A stretch of DNA of 64,000 bases from NCBI RefSeq assembly GCF_006345805.1, contig NC_043004.1:98890001-98954000 (forward strand), in the 5' to 3' direction. Below are positions 24,110 through 38,264 of this stretch, one piece after another. Every line of letters starts with the position of its first letter. The stretch's first letter is position 1. The notes beneath the pieces were generated by a model that worked only from the letters and a program-made list of their open reading frames with translations, searched no databases and was not told the origin of the DNA. The stretch comes from Octopus sinensis (lineage: Eukaryota). The translations under genes and the position numbers were made by a program.

Positions 24110-24385
24110 CTCCTTGTTTTTTTCTGTGTCCTTTTCTGTAGAAGAGCATAGGCTCGAAATGTAAAAGACTTTTTCACTTCCTGAGCATTATACTAATACA
24201 TCTGTTTGTTTTCCACACCACCTGTCTACATCTTTTGTTTTTTTCTTGAATCTGTTGAAGAGCGTAGGCTCGAAATGTAAAAGACTTGTTTTATTTATAT
24301 TCCTGAGCGACATACTAATACAATTGTGTGTTTGTACTCCACTTGCCTTTGTCTTTTGTTTATTTTCATAAAGCTTCCCGTTATA
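24110..24385 (+). mobile_element. Two tandem diverged PLE pseudo-LTR-like units (~116-bp spacing), each with a variant hammerhead-like motif
   Basis: CTGTAGA-A-GAGC ATAG GCTC-GAAA-TG-TA^AAAGAC at 24136 and CTGTTGA-A-GAGC GTAG GCTC-GAAA-TG-TA^AAAGAC at 24252. Confidence 0.6.
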
Positions 24386-24390
24386 TATAT

Positions 24391-24481
<91 letters not shown>

Positions 24482-25478
24482 CACACAGAGAGATAATCAT
24501 CATATTTTTCATGTTTTCAATGCCTGCATGGGTGAAATAGAATTTGTTGTTGGGGTAGAATTTCTACAGCCAGATGATTGCAGGATGAACTTATGTTATA
24601 AAACTTTGATTTAAGCCTACCTTTAGAATTATTATTGCGATGTTTCTTTTTAACTAAATAATGTGGAATGGTTGAGGTAAACTTGATTGCATTCACAATT
24701 GTTTTCACATTGCAAACTTGATCCAATATAGTAACGTCTCAGCAAATTGATGCTTGCATGCTGTTTTTATCTTAGATTAGCTTGAACACTGGATGATGTG
24801 GAGTTCCTCTGAAATACAGAGATAGCAGGACTCTGATTAATTCATAACCACCTTTGCTTTATCTAACACTGTATAAAAAGATCTGATGTACTTTCTATTT
24901 CCAAATATGCTTTGAAAATGCTGTGCTCCTTTCTATGTGGCAATGATAGAATGATTGATAGTGGTGGTGTAGGATTGTTTGTATGTGAAGATCTTACCTC
25001 ATTTGAACCATTGACTTTTAGCCATGTTGGATTCTAATATTACAAAGTAAATAACTCAAAAAGTATATAAATGTATATATGCATGTGAAAATGTGTATGT
25101 GTGTGCATATGAATATATGATTGTGAATGTGTATGTGCAATCATGTGTATGTGCATATGTGTGTGTGTGTGTTTGCGTGTGTACCTAATGTTATATGTGT
25201 AAATAATAAACACTTACATGCAAGCATATATATGTGTATGGCTCATGCAAAATATAAATACATTCATGCTAGCATACATACATATATATAATATATAATA
25301 TATATATATATTATATATATATATAATATATATATATAATATATATATAATATATATATATACATATATATAATATATATATAATATATATATATATATA
25401 TCTATATATATATAATATATATATATATAATATATATATAATATATATATATTATATATATATATATGTATAATATAT

Positions 25479-25545
<67 letters not shown>

Positions 25546-26699
25546 ATATACATACATACATACATGTGTGTGTGTATATATATCAATACACACATACACA
25601 TACAAAACCTAACACAGACACACACACTTTGATCATTGTTATTCTAAGCTCCTGTAACATTCATACGTACACACATACATACATCAGGCATGCACGTTAC
25701 GGCTGGGCCTTTCTGATCTTAATGGTAGTCAATCTACTGCCACCACGGTCGCACATTACTCTCCATCACACTCTACACACATCATATGCATGCTAGACAA
25801 ATATAAAAAAAATCTATTGCCGACCCTACTTGCACCCACCGCTAGGTGATTAACATGTCAGAGCAGCTAACCAATCATATCGCATCAAGAACCACCGAAG
25901 TGATAACTTTAATACCAGCTCCTTGCACCACCTCTCTTGCCCGTCTGTCTGCTTGCCTGCCTGCCCGCATGCTCCCTCTCTATCTCCATCTTTCTCTCCC
26001 TTTGCCTCTCTCTCCCTTTATTCTGTCCCCTCTGTAATTCTAGGTATATTGCTAAAGAAGCAGATTATTTATTAGTTTTGGGGATTTTTTAATAATTTTT
26101 TATTTTAACCTCTCACCAGAGAATCAAAGAAAAGCATACAAGAAATAAAAATAACACTACTACCTCTACTACTACTACTATATCTACTACTACCACCACC
26201 ACCACCACCACCACCACCGTCACCACCAATACCACCAATAATAATAACAACAATGACAATAACAATAATAATAATAGTAATAATAATTATAGTAATAATA
26301 GTAAAAATATGCTGCCTGAGAAAGTAAAGAAAATGCCAAAAACTAGAAAAAAAAAAATCTCTGCCTTCATGCAAAGCCATTCCAGACACAAACAAAAACT
26401 GAACATTCTTCTTCCCCTGCAGCGCCTTCTTTGACCAATTAACATGCCTCTCCCCATTCCTCTCATCCAGCAGCTCTCTGACATAGTTTGGCACACACTT
26501 TAATGCTGGGGTGTTTAATTGCTTTGCATTCTGCGATGGCGGCGGCAGCCTTTGCAAGATTACCTTATGACTCTCTGATTCCCAAGAGGTCCGAACTTTA
26601 AATTGATCCATCTCATGCTAATAACATTATAGGCTACAGGCAACTCACACTCACATACATACATCTACACACACACACTTGCATACACACACACACACA

Positions 26700-27445
26700 C
26701 ACACATTCAGACATATATACACACACGCATGCATCTCCACACACACACACATATACACACGCATGCATCTCCACACACACACATACAGACACATATACAA
26801 CGCATGCATCTCCACACACACATACACACACATATACACACGCATGCATCTCCACACACACACATACACACACATATACAAACGCATGCATCTCCACACA
26901 CACACATACACACACATATACACACGCATGCATCTCCACACACACATACAGACACATATACAAACGCATGCATCTCCACACACACACATACACACACATA
27001 TACACACGCATGCATCTCCACACACACTACAGACACATATACAAACGCATGCATCTCCACACACACACATACACACACATATACACACGTATGCATCTCC
27101 ACACACATACAGACACATATACAAACGCATGCATCTCCACACACACACATACACACACATATACACACGCATGCATCTTCACACACCCACATTCACACAC
27201 GCATGCATGTCCACACACACACACATATACAAACACATGCATCTCCACACACACACACATACACACACATATACACATGCATGCATCGCCACACACACAC
27301 ACGCATGCATCTCCATATACACACACCTACACACACATATACACATGTATGTATGCATCTCCACACACACATATACAAACGCATGCATTTCCACACACAC
27401 ACACACATATACACATGTATGCATCTCCACACACACACACACACT
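26700..27445. repeat. ~40-bp CA-rich minisatellite
   Basis: Unit CATATACA(C/A)ACGCATGCATCTCCACACACACACATACA(C/G)ACA, roughly 18 copies with degenerate ends. Confidence 0.9.
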
Positions 27446-28096
27446 AGTACATATTCTACTGTCCACCACCCTCTATCTGTCTTTATTTCCTTAAGTTTCT
27501 CTGTCCCTTTTTTTTCACTCAGTTTCCCTTAATCTGTTTACCTTCCTACTCTTCCTGTAATTCTGCTTTCCTTCCCTTGCTTTCTACCTCACCCTTTCTT
27601 CCCTCCTTAAATCACTCTCTCTCTCTCTCTCTAATCCTCATACTTTCATAATCTATCTACATATCTATGTTTCTTATATATAATTCCCTTTATATCCGTC
27701 TCTCTCACTGTCTACCTATCATCTCTCACTATCTTTCCATCTATCCCTTTGTCTAGCTAACTAGCAAGCAAGCTTGCTAACTTACCATCATGTAACCATA
27801 TCGCTACATATCTATTCATTAATACATTTACCTATCTATATATCTGGCTATCTATGATTATCATCTAACCCTGTAGCTTTGTTTCTATCTTTATTACTAT
27901 CTATCTTTCAGTGCATGCGTCTCTCGACATCCCTTCTTCAATCCCACTATTTCTCTCCACCAACCCCAGTATCTATCTGACTGTCTGTCTCTTTATCTAT
28001 CTATATATCTATCTATCTATCTGTCTGTCTGTCTGTCTGTGTGTTTGTCTTTCCGTCTTTTTAGCTATCTATCTATCTATTTATCTATGTACCTAT

Positions 28097-28154
<58 letters not shown>

Positions 28155-28191
28155 GTCTCTCTGTCTCTCTGTCTATCTATCTCTCTGTCCA

Positions 28192-28228
<37 letters not shown>

Positions 28229-28977
28229 CTTCTATCTATCTATCTAACTATCTAGTTTGTTAGCTTCACTTACCCTATTCCCCTCCCTAAAACAGCTTCC
28301 AGTTCCAAATTAACCTCTGTATGACAGGAGTTGGGTGAAAAATAATGCAATCTCCGATAGAGCACACCCTTCGTCACAAGGTCTGTTGACCTAATCATTT
28401 CTCTCCAATCGAAACTCATATTTTGCTGAACTTCCACCACACTTCTTCCCTTCACACACACAGACAGATTATCTCCCTTTCTTTCTAACTTTCCTTTTTC
28501 TCTTACAGATCAAATACATCCCAAAGATATAAAAAATAACCCCAAAAAACAAACTGTTCCCTGTACCCTCCCTTAAAATCTATTGTTTTATAAATGCTGA
28601 AGAAGTGGGTAGGATAGAAGCATCTAGAATAAGGTCTGCAAAGTGTAAGGAATGGTAATATTTTTGTTTTTATGTTATGTATTTATGCATACGTATAGAG
28701 GAGGGTATGTTGTGAGGGGAGAAATAAAGTGCAATTGTTCTCTTTAGCGTATTACGGAAATGTCTGATTATATAAACATGTATGCATATACATATGTAAA
28801 ATACATGCATACACTCACACTCATTTACAGACATATATATATATAAACACACATACATATTCATGTACATACATATACATGCACACATACACACACATAC
28901 AAATATAAATATATATATATATAGATATATAGATATACACATCTATATATATTTATGCATGAGTGTGTATACATATG

Positions 28978-29196
28978 TATACAAGGGGCTGAACATAGAG
29001 GGGACAAACAAGGACAGACAAAGGGATTAAGTCGATTACATCGACCCCAGTGCGAAACTGGTACTTTATTTATCGACCCCGAAAGGATTAAAGGCAAAGT
29101 TGACCTCGGTGGAATTTGAACTCAGAACGTAACGACAGATGAAATACCGCTAAGCATCTCGCCCGGAGCTCTAACGTGTCTGCCAGCTCGCCGCCT
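28978..29196 (-). mobile_element. SINE family B (~230 bp, GTCGACTTTGCCTTTCATCC central domain)
   Basis: Reverse complement begins GGCGGCGAGCTGGCAGA; B box GAGTTCAAATTCC. Confidence 0.85.
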
Positions 29197-29856
29197 TGTG
29201 TATATATATATATGTGTGTGTATGTATATATGTGTGTTCGTGTGTGTATATATATATGCATGCATATATATATGCATTCGTACTTGCACACAACCACACA
29301 CATGCAAATGTTTCTACGTGTAATGAAAGAAAAAAAAACCAACACAAAAGATGGCTTTAAATGTCCAATTATTTTTTTATGACTAGTCATTTCTCATATT
29401 TTTTAGATTGAAACTAATACTTAAAAACACAAGTTCATTTTAGCTCAAGTCAATATAGCATAAATACTTAATAATGGCCTGAAACGAAAATCAGAACAAT
29501 TTGTCTGACCCAATTAAACTGCAGAATACAAAATATCAACTCCACAGATTAACAGATCAAGGGTTTGAAAAATTTATTTATTTTAACGTAGTCTGGTATT
29601 TATTTTGAAATAGTCTGGAAGAACAGAGGCTAAAGTCTGATTTGTCAGATTCTACAGTTTTGGTGGAATTTTTACTGATGAATGCATACTGATGGAGAGA
29701 GAGAAGGGGGGGGAGAAAGAGAGACAGATAGACAGGCAGATAGATGGAGACCGTGCTCATGATGGGCTCTCCAAGACTGGTGAAGTTGATTCGGCCGATG
29801 TCAAGTTTGAATATCTCACTGGTAAAATAATATCTGATGATAGAATTTTTTCACAA

Positions 29857-30265
29857 ATAGGTGCAGGTGTGGCTGTGTGGTAAGAAGTTTGCTTCCAAAC
29901 CACATGGTTCTGGGTTCAGTCCCACTACATGGCACCTTGGGCATGTGTCTTCTACTATAACCTCAGCCCAACCAAAAACCTTGTGAGTGGATTTGATAGA
30001 TAAAAACTGAAAGAAGCCCATCATGTTTGTGTGTGTGTGTGTGAGCATGAGCGTGTCCGTGTTTGTCCCCTGCCACTGCATGATAACCAGTGCTGATGTG
30101 TTTATGTCCCCATAACACAGAGGTTTGGCAAAAGTGACTGATAAAATAGGTACCACACTTTACAAAATAGCAAGTATTGGGGTCAATTCGTTTGACTAAA
30201 ATTCTTCAAGGGGGTGCCCCAGCATGGCTGCAGTCAATTGACTGAAACAAGTAAAAAATAAAAGA
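29857..30265 (+). mobile_element. SINE family A
   Basis: ATAGGTGCAGGTGTGGCTGTGTGGTAAG head; colinear body. Confidence 0.85.
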
Positions 30266-30504
30266 TAAAAATCAATGTTCCGGGAAAGAAGGATTGAAGG
30301 AAATTTTTCCCGGCAGGGCTTGGTTCTATAAGGATGAGAGATAAGTAGGGTTAGCAATCTATTGTTAATGCATGTGGGCGGGCGGGCTTGGAGGTGGGTA
30401 AGCAAATGGTTAGAGAGTTGGACTTCTGATTACAAAATCATGGGTTCAAATCCTTGATTGAATATTGCTTTGTGCCATTGAACAGGGCATTTTATTTCAA
30501 GCTG

Positions 30505-31233
30505 TTCGACTCATACTGCGTCCACATACTCCCTCCACAACACTGATATCAAGAAATCCTCTTGCGAGCGTGACGTAGGCATCACTGTCAGCAGTGATTT
30601 GCATTGGACAAAGCATATCTCTAAAATTGTCAAGAAGGCCGAGGGTGTCTTGGCATCACTCAGCAAGACTTTTGTTAGCCGCTCTCCAGCCATCTATTTA
30701 AAACTGTATACAGCTATGGTACGACCACACTTGGAATTCGCATCATCAGTTTGGAATCCCTATCTTGCTCAGAACATTGACCTCCTGGAATCTGTCCAGA
30801 GACGTGCAACCAAACGCATACCCTCCATCAGACACCTACCATATTCTGAGCGCCTTGTTTCCCTGGGCATGGATTCACTGAAGCTCCGGCGTCTGGCGAC
30901 AGACTTGGTAAACACCCACAAGGTTATCAACCACCTCACCAACAACAACACTGAACACCTTTTTGATCTCCATGTGTCTAACACACGTGGACATGCCTAC
31001 AAAGTCAGAAAACAGCACAGCTCCCATGACTTTCGGAAACATTTTTTCACGCTCAGGGTTGCTGAAGCGTGGAATAAACTGCCTGCATCAGTTGTTGACT
31101 GCCATGACACTGCATCCTTTAAGGCCCTCATGCTTCCCGAAATCCGTCGAAACTACACCTGATTATATATACACTTTAGATGAGTTGTAGTGCACCTGAG
31201 CACTGTACACAATTATTATTATTATTATTATTA
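30505..31233 (+). mobile_element. 5'-truncated CR1-clade LINE: uninterrupted RT C-terminus, short 3' UTR and (ATT)n tail
   Basis: Frame ...ERDVGITVSSDLHWTKH...LYTAMVRPHLEFASSVWNPY...LESVQRRATKRI...LRRLATDL...TRGH...FFTLRVAEAWNKLP ends at 31162; ATTATTATT tail follows. Confidence 0.9.
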
Positions 31234-31512
31234 ATTCAGCTGAAAATGAAGACCAGGAAAATGTTAATGCAGTTCTCTTTCCCACATTCTCAAAGTTTCA
31301 TAGGATCAAGTGAGAGAGTCTGTGAGAGTGTCAATGTCAGCTCACAATAAACATAGGCACCTAAAACAATTAGTGAAGGCCTGGCATATGCTACCAGATC
31401 ATACTTGCTTGCGAACAATGTCTATGATTTTAAGCAAATAGCCAATCCAGACGAGCACAGTTATTATTATTATTATTATTATTATATTATTATTAGTAGT
31501 AGTAGTAGTAGT

Positions 31513-31577
<65 letters not shown>

Positions 31578-31772
31578 AGAAATCTACATAGAGAGAGGAA
31601 GCCAGCACATTTGTGAACCAGAGGTTGTAGTGTACTGGAGAGTGATCCTTTGAAAATTCAACCAAATTGCTTTCATAAAGATATCTTGGATGTCTCTGTA
31701 ACTTGTAGCAGTACCATCACAGATGAAGAATCAGACCCTTGTAGGTGTTCCTTGATTGCGCTTTGCAGATAC

Positions 31773-32168
31773 TCTCTTTTACTCTTTTACTTGTTTAAGT
31801 CATGTGACTGTGGCCATACTGGAGCACCATCTGTAGTCGAGCAAATTGACTCCAGGACTTATTCTTTGTAAGCCTAGTACTTATTCTATCTGTCTATTTT
31901 GCTGAACTGCTAAGTTACTGGGACGTAAACACACCAGCATCGGTTGTCAAGTGATGTTGGTGGGGGGACAAACACAGACACACAAACACACACACACATA
32001 TATATACATATACATACATGTGACAGGCTTCTTTCAGTTTCCGTCTACCAAATCCACTCACAAGGCTTTGGTTGACCCGAGGCTATAGTAGAAGAAACTT
32101 GGCCAAGGTGCCACGCAGTGGGACTGAACCCAGAACCATGTGGTTGGTAAGCAAGCTACTTACCACAC
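31773..32168 (-). mobile_element. SINE family A
   Basis: Colinear reverse-complement match. Confidence 0.9.
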
Positions 32169-32886
32169 ATCTTATCATAACTGGAGTATTTTCTTGCATG
32201 CAAGAGGAAGGTCAGACCTTGTGATATAGTTTCACATATGTTACGTGTGAAGGGTAGGATACTATCCTACCCAGAATCACTCCTGCATCTATGACATAAA
32301 ACTTGTCATTTTAAAGAATTCATATTTAAATCAAAACATTTCGCCATAATTTTATGAAAGTATCTTTTATTATGTTTTGTTCTAAACAGTAACTTAATAA
32401 CATATGTAAACAAACTTTTGTTTTATGTTTCTAGAACCATCAAATGTGTATTATATAATACAGACAAGAAAAGTAATATTTTGAACGCAGTATAGTCATG
32501 TAAACAGCAGAAAGACTAGCTGCTTGCTGACAACATTTTCTCTCATATAATGGTAAAATACCCATCTTTCTGCTGTTTCCATGGCGATACTGGTTCGAAA
32601 TATTACTCTCTTTTCTGTATGTTACTAACTTAACTATAACAAAGTTAATTATTTTATCAAATTTCTCCAAATCTTTAAGCATTTTCAAAGTTAACTTTAA
32701 CATGCCATGCATATGGTTATGCTGCTATTATGGTAACTGCTGAGTTAGTGAATGAACATGTATTTCTAAGGCTGCACAAAGAAGTAACTAACAACACTCA
32801 TGAGCAATTAGTAAAAGATTTTATTATTGCACATAGAGTTTTAACTGTATTGGTCTTTTACAAATAATAAGAACAATAATTACATA

Positions 32887-33288
32887 CTCTTTTACTTGTT
32901 TCAGTCATTTGACTGCGGCCATGCTAGAGCACCACCTTTAATCGAGCAACTTGACCCCGGGACTTATTCTTTCGTAAGCCCAGTACTTATTCTATCGGTC
33001 TCTTTTTGCCGAACCGCTAAGTAACGGGGACGTAAACTCACCAGCATCGGTTGTCAAGCAATGCTAGGGGGACAAACACAGACACACAAACATACACGCA
33101 CACACATATATATACATATATATGATGGGCTTCTTTCAGTTTCCGTCTACCAAATCCACTCACAAGGCATTTGTCGGCCCGGGGCTATAGCAGAAGACAC
33201 TTGCCCAAGGTGCTATGCAGCGGGACTGAACCCGGAACCATGTGGTTCATTAGCAAGCTACTTACCACACAGCCACTCCTGCACCTAT
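32887..33288 (-). mobile_element. SINE family A
   Basis: Colinear reverse-complement match. Confidence 0.9.
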
Positions 33289-33567
33289 ACTGGGAGAGAT
33301 GGAAAAATTGCATTTCACCTTTTATATCCTCGGATGCAGATATATGATTTTGATGAAGTGGGGATAAAGCAATTTATTCACAGATCTAACTCCTGACTAC
33401 CAACACAGAAGATTTCAACACCTTCTTCCTTGTCTCAATGAGACACATTACATTTTATGACAATTCGACAAGTCCACCATTTTATCATACAAGGGTGCTA
33501 ATGTCTATCCTCACAACATCATCAAAAGAAGTTACTTATGAGATATTGCGTGAAGGTTTAGTTTGGT

Positions 33568-33977
33568 TTGCGAGCTGGCAGAAGCGTTAGCACACCGGGC
33601 AAAGTGTGTAGCCGTATTTCGTCTGCCGTTACGTTCTGAGTTCAAATTCCGCCGAGGTCGACTTTGCCTTTCATCCTTTCGGGGTCGATAAATTAAGTAC
33701 CAGTTACGCACTGGGGTCGATATAATCGACTTAATCCGTTTGTCTGTCCTTGTTCGTCCTCTCTGTGTTTAGCCCCTTGTGGGTAGTAAAGAAATAGATA
33801 TTTCGTCTGCCGTTACATTCTGAGGTCAAATTCCTCCGAGGTCGACTTTGCCTTTCATCCTTTCGGGGTCGATAAATTAAGTACCAGTTACGCACTGGGG
33901 TCGATATAATCGACTTAATCCGTTTGTCTGTCCTTGTTCGTCCTCTGTATTTAGCCCCTTGTGGGTAATAAAGAAAT
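33568..33977 (+). mobile_element. SINE family B head-to-tail dimer with 14-bp target-site duplication
   Basis: Second unit restarts at TATTTCGTCTGCCGTTAC (~33798); AGGTTTAGTTTGGT at 33554-33567 and 33978-33991. Confidence 0.9.
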
Positions 33978-35298
33978 AGGTTTAGTTTGGTCTGTTTAAG
34001 AACCTGGCGATGTCTGCACAAATGGCTCTGGCAAGAGTGGAAGCACAATTCACTTGGCTGTCTTCCAACACTCTGCCAGGCAAGAGGTGAGGCATGTGAA
34101 CTGGTCAACCAGTGTCAGCACTCAGCATAAAGTTTTAGCAATAAGAGGCGCTTTATGAATCATACAATGGATTGATGTTAATTAGTTGCATAATAGACCA
34201 ATCATATGATAAAACTGTTGTGGTTTGCTCATAATGTCTGACAATGTATCCAGGGATTCAGTTTTGAATCCCTGCTAGAAACACATAGATGGATTATCTC
34301 ATTCAAATTTTTATGTTTATGTTTTTGTTTTGCAAGATTCCTGATATGAAATTGTGTGTTGAAACAGATATTGTTATACTAGTTCTTCATTTCTGCTTTA
34401 TTCTTATTCTTATTTTAGTGACCTTTGTTGAAATCTTCCATTATACATCTTGTGACCTCTTCAATGACTGTCCATCCCACATGTCTCCCCCTTGTTCTGC
34501 TCAATTTCTTTGAATTTAATTCTGCTTAATCAGTGAGGATCTAAGTTAAACAATAACTGATAATGCCTCCGAGAAATGCATGAGCATAATAATTTCACAT
34601 TTCCTTCTCAATAAACATGACATCTTATGCCTAGTCTGAAGTAAACTACTATATATGTATTTTCACATTATTTCTTTGGCAAATATTACAACTTTCAACG
34701 AGTATTGAAGTGCCAAGGTTTATAAAGGAGGAATTAACTAAAAGACTAGCAATCATTATATAATGCTGAAATATCAAATGTCAAAGTTATCTAAGGCAGG
34801 TTTTGAACTCAAGATCATAACAGTTATAAGTAAATATTTCTCAACATTTATTCCTCCGCCCTACTATTTCTTCCACTCTACCATCTTGTTGATGTTAAAT
34901 AATGTCAGATTCAGTAATAGAAATTCTTGATTACAGATTCTTTTCAATTCTTTGTTTTGGTGTGGTGAAGTTTTTCTTTCCAATTCTTAAAATACAAAAT
35001 TTATGAAACTATGATATTTTCATAAACTCCAGATAAATTAAATTAAAAAAAAAAAATACATATATTAAATCAAATAATTTTGAAAGAAAAAGTACTATTG
35101 AAATGCAAACATAAAATTGAAATTCATTAAAACAAACCCTGAAAGTTGTATCAGTCTGAATCAATAAAAATATTTTACTTGTATATTTATATTTTTCATT
35201 TCTTCAACTCAACTTGTAACTGATGAGATACACATGAACCATGTATGTATATATATATTTATATATAAAGATATATATATAATACATATATATATATA

Positions 35299-35332
<34 letters not shown>

Positions 35333-36131
35333 CATACATACATGTATATATAGAAATACTATCTGTATGTGACCTGGGTTGTAAATATACAATGAATGAA
35401 AGATTTTGATACATAACACATAATATATATGAAATATAATGAAACAAAATTGAATATAGCAACATACATATGTGTTTGAAATGGCTAATATATAACTAAA
35501 CTCTTCCAGGTTGTATTTGTTTTAGTTTCAACAACATGATGTCAGAGCAAGAGCAAAATTAGATGCTAAACAAACAAATAGTAATATACTTCAGTTCTTC
35601 ATTTAAATTTTTGATTTAAGTTCAACTATGAAATTTCAGGGATGTCCCCCCCCTTCCCCGACCGAAGTCTTTCATTCTTGCTTTTCAAAATTTCATTGAT
35701 TTGAAAATGAAATGAAATGATATGAAATTTAATTTTAAATTAAATACCATGTGCGGTTGGTGAGGGGTGGTTAACTGTGAATTGAATTGCAAATACATGT
35801 TTACAGTTGAACGAAAGTTTAAGTGTGTAGGTATAGATATAAGGGTGTGAAAATAATGATGTAGCAAAATGAATTTCATTGGCATGAAGAGCAAGCAGTA
35901 ATTATACCAAGCTGCAAATATGAAAATATAGGTTCAAACCCAACAGGGTGAATATATTTCAGTCTCTTTTATGTAATGTTTACATCTAAGCTTTTTGAGG
36001 ACTAATACCAGAGTGTTAAGCACAGTAGGCCAGCCCCACAATGTGCACTCCCTTCTTTCAGTTTTATTGTAAGAAGATCCTTCCCCAATTTTTTTCTACA
36101 TTCTCTGACTGTCACCTTCATTATGCTATCT

Positions 36132-36532
36132 TTTATCTTCTACTGGTTTCAATCATTAGACTGCAGCCATGCTGGAGCACTGCTTGGAAGGATTTTTAGT
36201 TGAATGACTCAGTCACAATACTTAATTTTTTTTCCTTTTTTGCTAAATCTGGTACTTATTTTATCAGTCTCTTTTACCAAACCGTTATGATACAGGGAGG
36301 TAAACACACTAACACCGGTTGTCAAGTGGTAGCAGGAGACAAACAGATACAAAGAAACACACACTCACGCATGCACGTGTGCACACACACACACGCACAC
36401 ACACACACACACACGATGGGCTTCTTACAGTTAACTCTACCAAATCCACTCACAAGGCTTTGGTCAACCCAAGGCTATATTAGAAGACATTTGCCCAAGG
36501 TACCACATGGTGAAACTGAACCTAGAACCATG
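36132..36532 (-). mobile_element. SINE family A, diverged
   Basis: Colinear reverse-complement match. Confidence 0.75.
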
Positions 36533-36544
36533 TTCTTTACTTTT

Positions 36545-36917
36545 CTACTCTAGGCACAAGGCCCGAAATTTTGAGGGAGGTGGGGCTAGTTGATTAGATC
36601 GACCCCAGAATGCAACTGGGACTTAATTTATCGACCCCAGAACGCAACTGGTACTTAATTTATTGACCACAGAACGCAACTAGTACTTAATTCATCGACC
36701 CCAGAACGCAACTGGTACTTAATTTATCGACCCCAGAACACAACTGGTACTTAATTTATCGACCCCAGAACGCAACTGATACTTAATTTATCAACCCTGA
36801 AAGGATGAAAGGCAAAGTCGACCTCGGTGAAATTTGAACTCAGAAACGTAGAGACAGATGAAAAACTGCTAAGCATTTTGCCTGCCGTGCTAACATTTCT
36901 GCCAGCTCACTGCCTTG
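36545..36917 (-). mobile_element. SINE family B variant with an internal 32-bp x6 tandem expansion (36601-36792)
   Basis: Unit GACCCCAGAACGCAACTGGTACTTAATTTATC at 36601, 36633, 36665, 36697, 36729 and 36761. Confidence 0.9.
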
Positions 36918-37871
36918 AACCATGTTGTTCTTACCACACAGCCATGCCTGAGTCTGCTTGCTGAAAAATGCAGTCAAAAGCTATAATTTGCCTACAAGGC
37001 ATTTATAATTTGATGATAATGTATATCACTGAGTAAATCAGCCACCAGGGGAACTTTGGTGTATTTCACACCAAATCATGTGACAGTTCATAACACAACA
37101 GAGGCCCTTCATCTCATCATCCATCCATTCATGCCCTCCACTTTTTATTTTTCTGGGCATGACTACCCCTGCTTTCCTTAGCACTAAGTTTTCATGTATT
37201 TTAATTTGTATTAAATTTTTTTAAATTGTTATTTGTGATGTCTTGATTTTAGCACCTTAGCCTAGCTTGCCCAGTGCATTGAACTAACCCTGCTTTCTTC
37301 GCTTTTGGAAAATGTACATGTATATTTAATTTTAAAATTGAAATTCTTCCAAAAGAAGACCATTAGCTTGATTGGCAAAATTTCAGTCATCAACAACATT
37401 AACTATCATATAAACATTAGCACCAGCTAATAGGGAAGTGTCTATGTGGTTTCTTAACTTGCTAGAAATAGCAGCCAAATTTCTCAAAAACCAGACCTAG
37501 CTGTCTGAAAAAAAAAAAAACAAGGACGTAGATAATAGAGTTCTAAATATGCCTATCAAACAGGATGATCATAACTGGAATGTCTTTGATCATGGGTTTA
37601 TCTGATTAGTGCTGACCAGGGGATAAACAACTGCAGCAACAATAAAGACTACCTCTGGCCAAACTGGGAGTTGCTACATGATGTCCCAAACTAGTAGAAA
37701 TAGCAGCTAAATCTCTTTCAATTCACAGCCTTTTGTCTTTAAAAAGAAAGTACACATTGACTAAAGTTTCTCTTGGATAATTGTCTGAATAGAAGATGAG
37801 AATGTCATGGCTGGAATACCTTTGTTCCCAAACATAAAGGATTAGGGCTGACAACTGTGCTATTTGTCTCT

Positions 37872-37975
37872 GCTTTCTTTTACTACTACTACAACAACTA
37901 CTACTACTACTTCTGCTACTACCACCACCACCGCCGCCGCTGCCGCCACCACCACCACCACCACCACCACCACTA

Positions 37976-38007
<32 letters not shown>

Positions 38008-38044
38008 ACTACTACTGCTACAACTACTACAACTATTGCTGCTG

Positions 38045-38078
<34 letters not shown>

Positions 38079-38182
38079 CACAACCACCACCACCACCACT
38101 ACTACTACTACTCTACTACTACTACTACTACTACTAACTACTACTACTACTGCTACTACTACTACTACTACTGCTGCTGCTG

Positions 38183-38219
<37 letters not shown>

Positions 38220-38222
38220 ACT
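37872..38222. repeat. Compound (ACT/ACC/GCT)n trinucleotide tract
   Basis: Direct inspection. Confidence 0.95.
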
Positions 38223-38264
38223 GGTAAAAAACTGGCACTCCATTGTTTATAACAACAAGGGTTC

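Noticed and set aside
34020-34060. NGSGKS Walker A-like peptide
   Set aside because: Lacks the first glycine of GxxxxGKS; short chance match
36601-36792. CRISPR-like 32-bp repeats
   Set aside because: No unique spacers, no cas genes, eukaryotic context; the unit is part of a SINE
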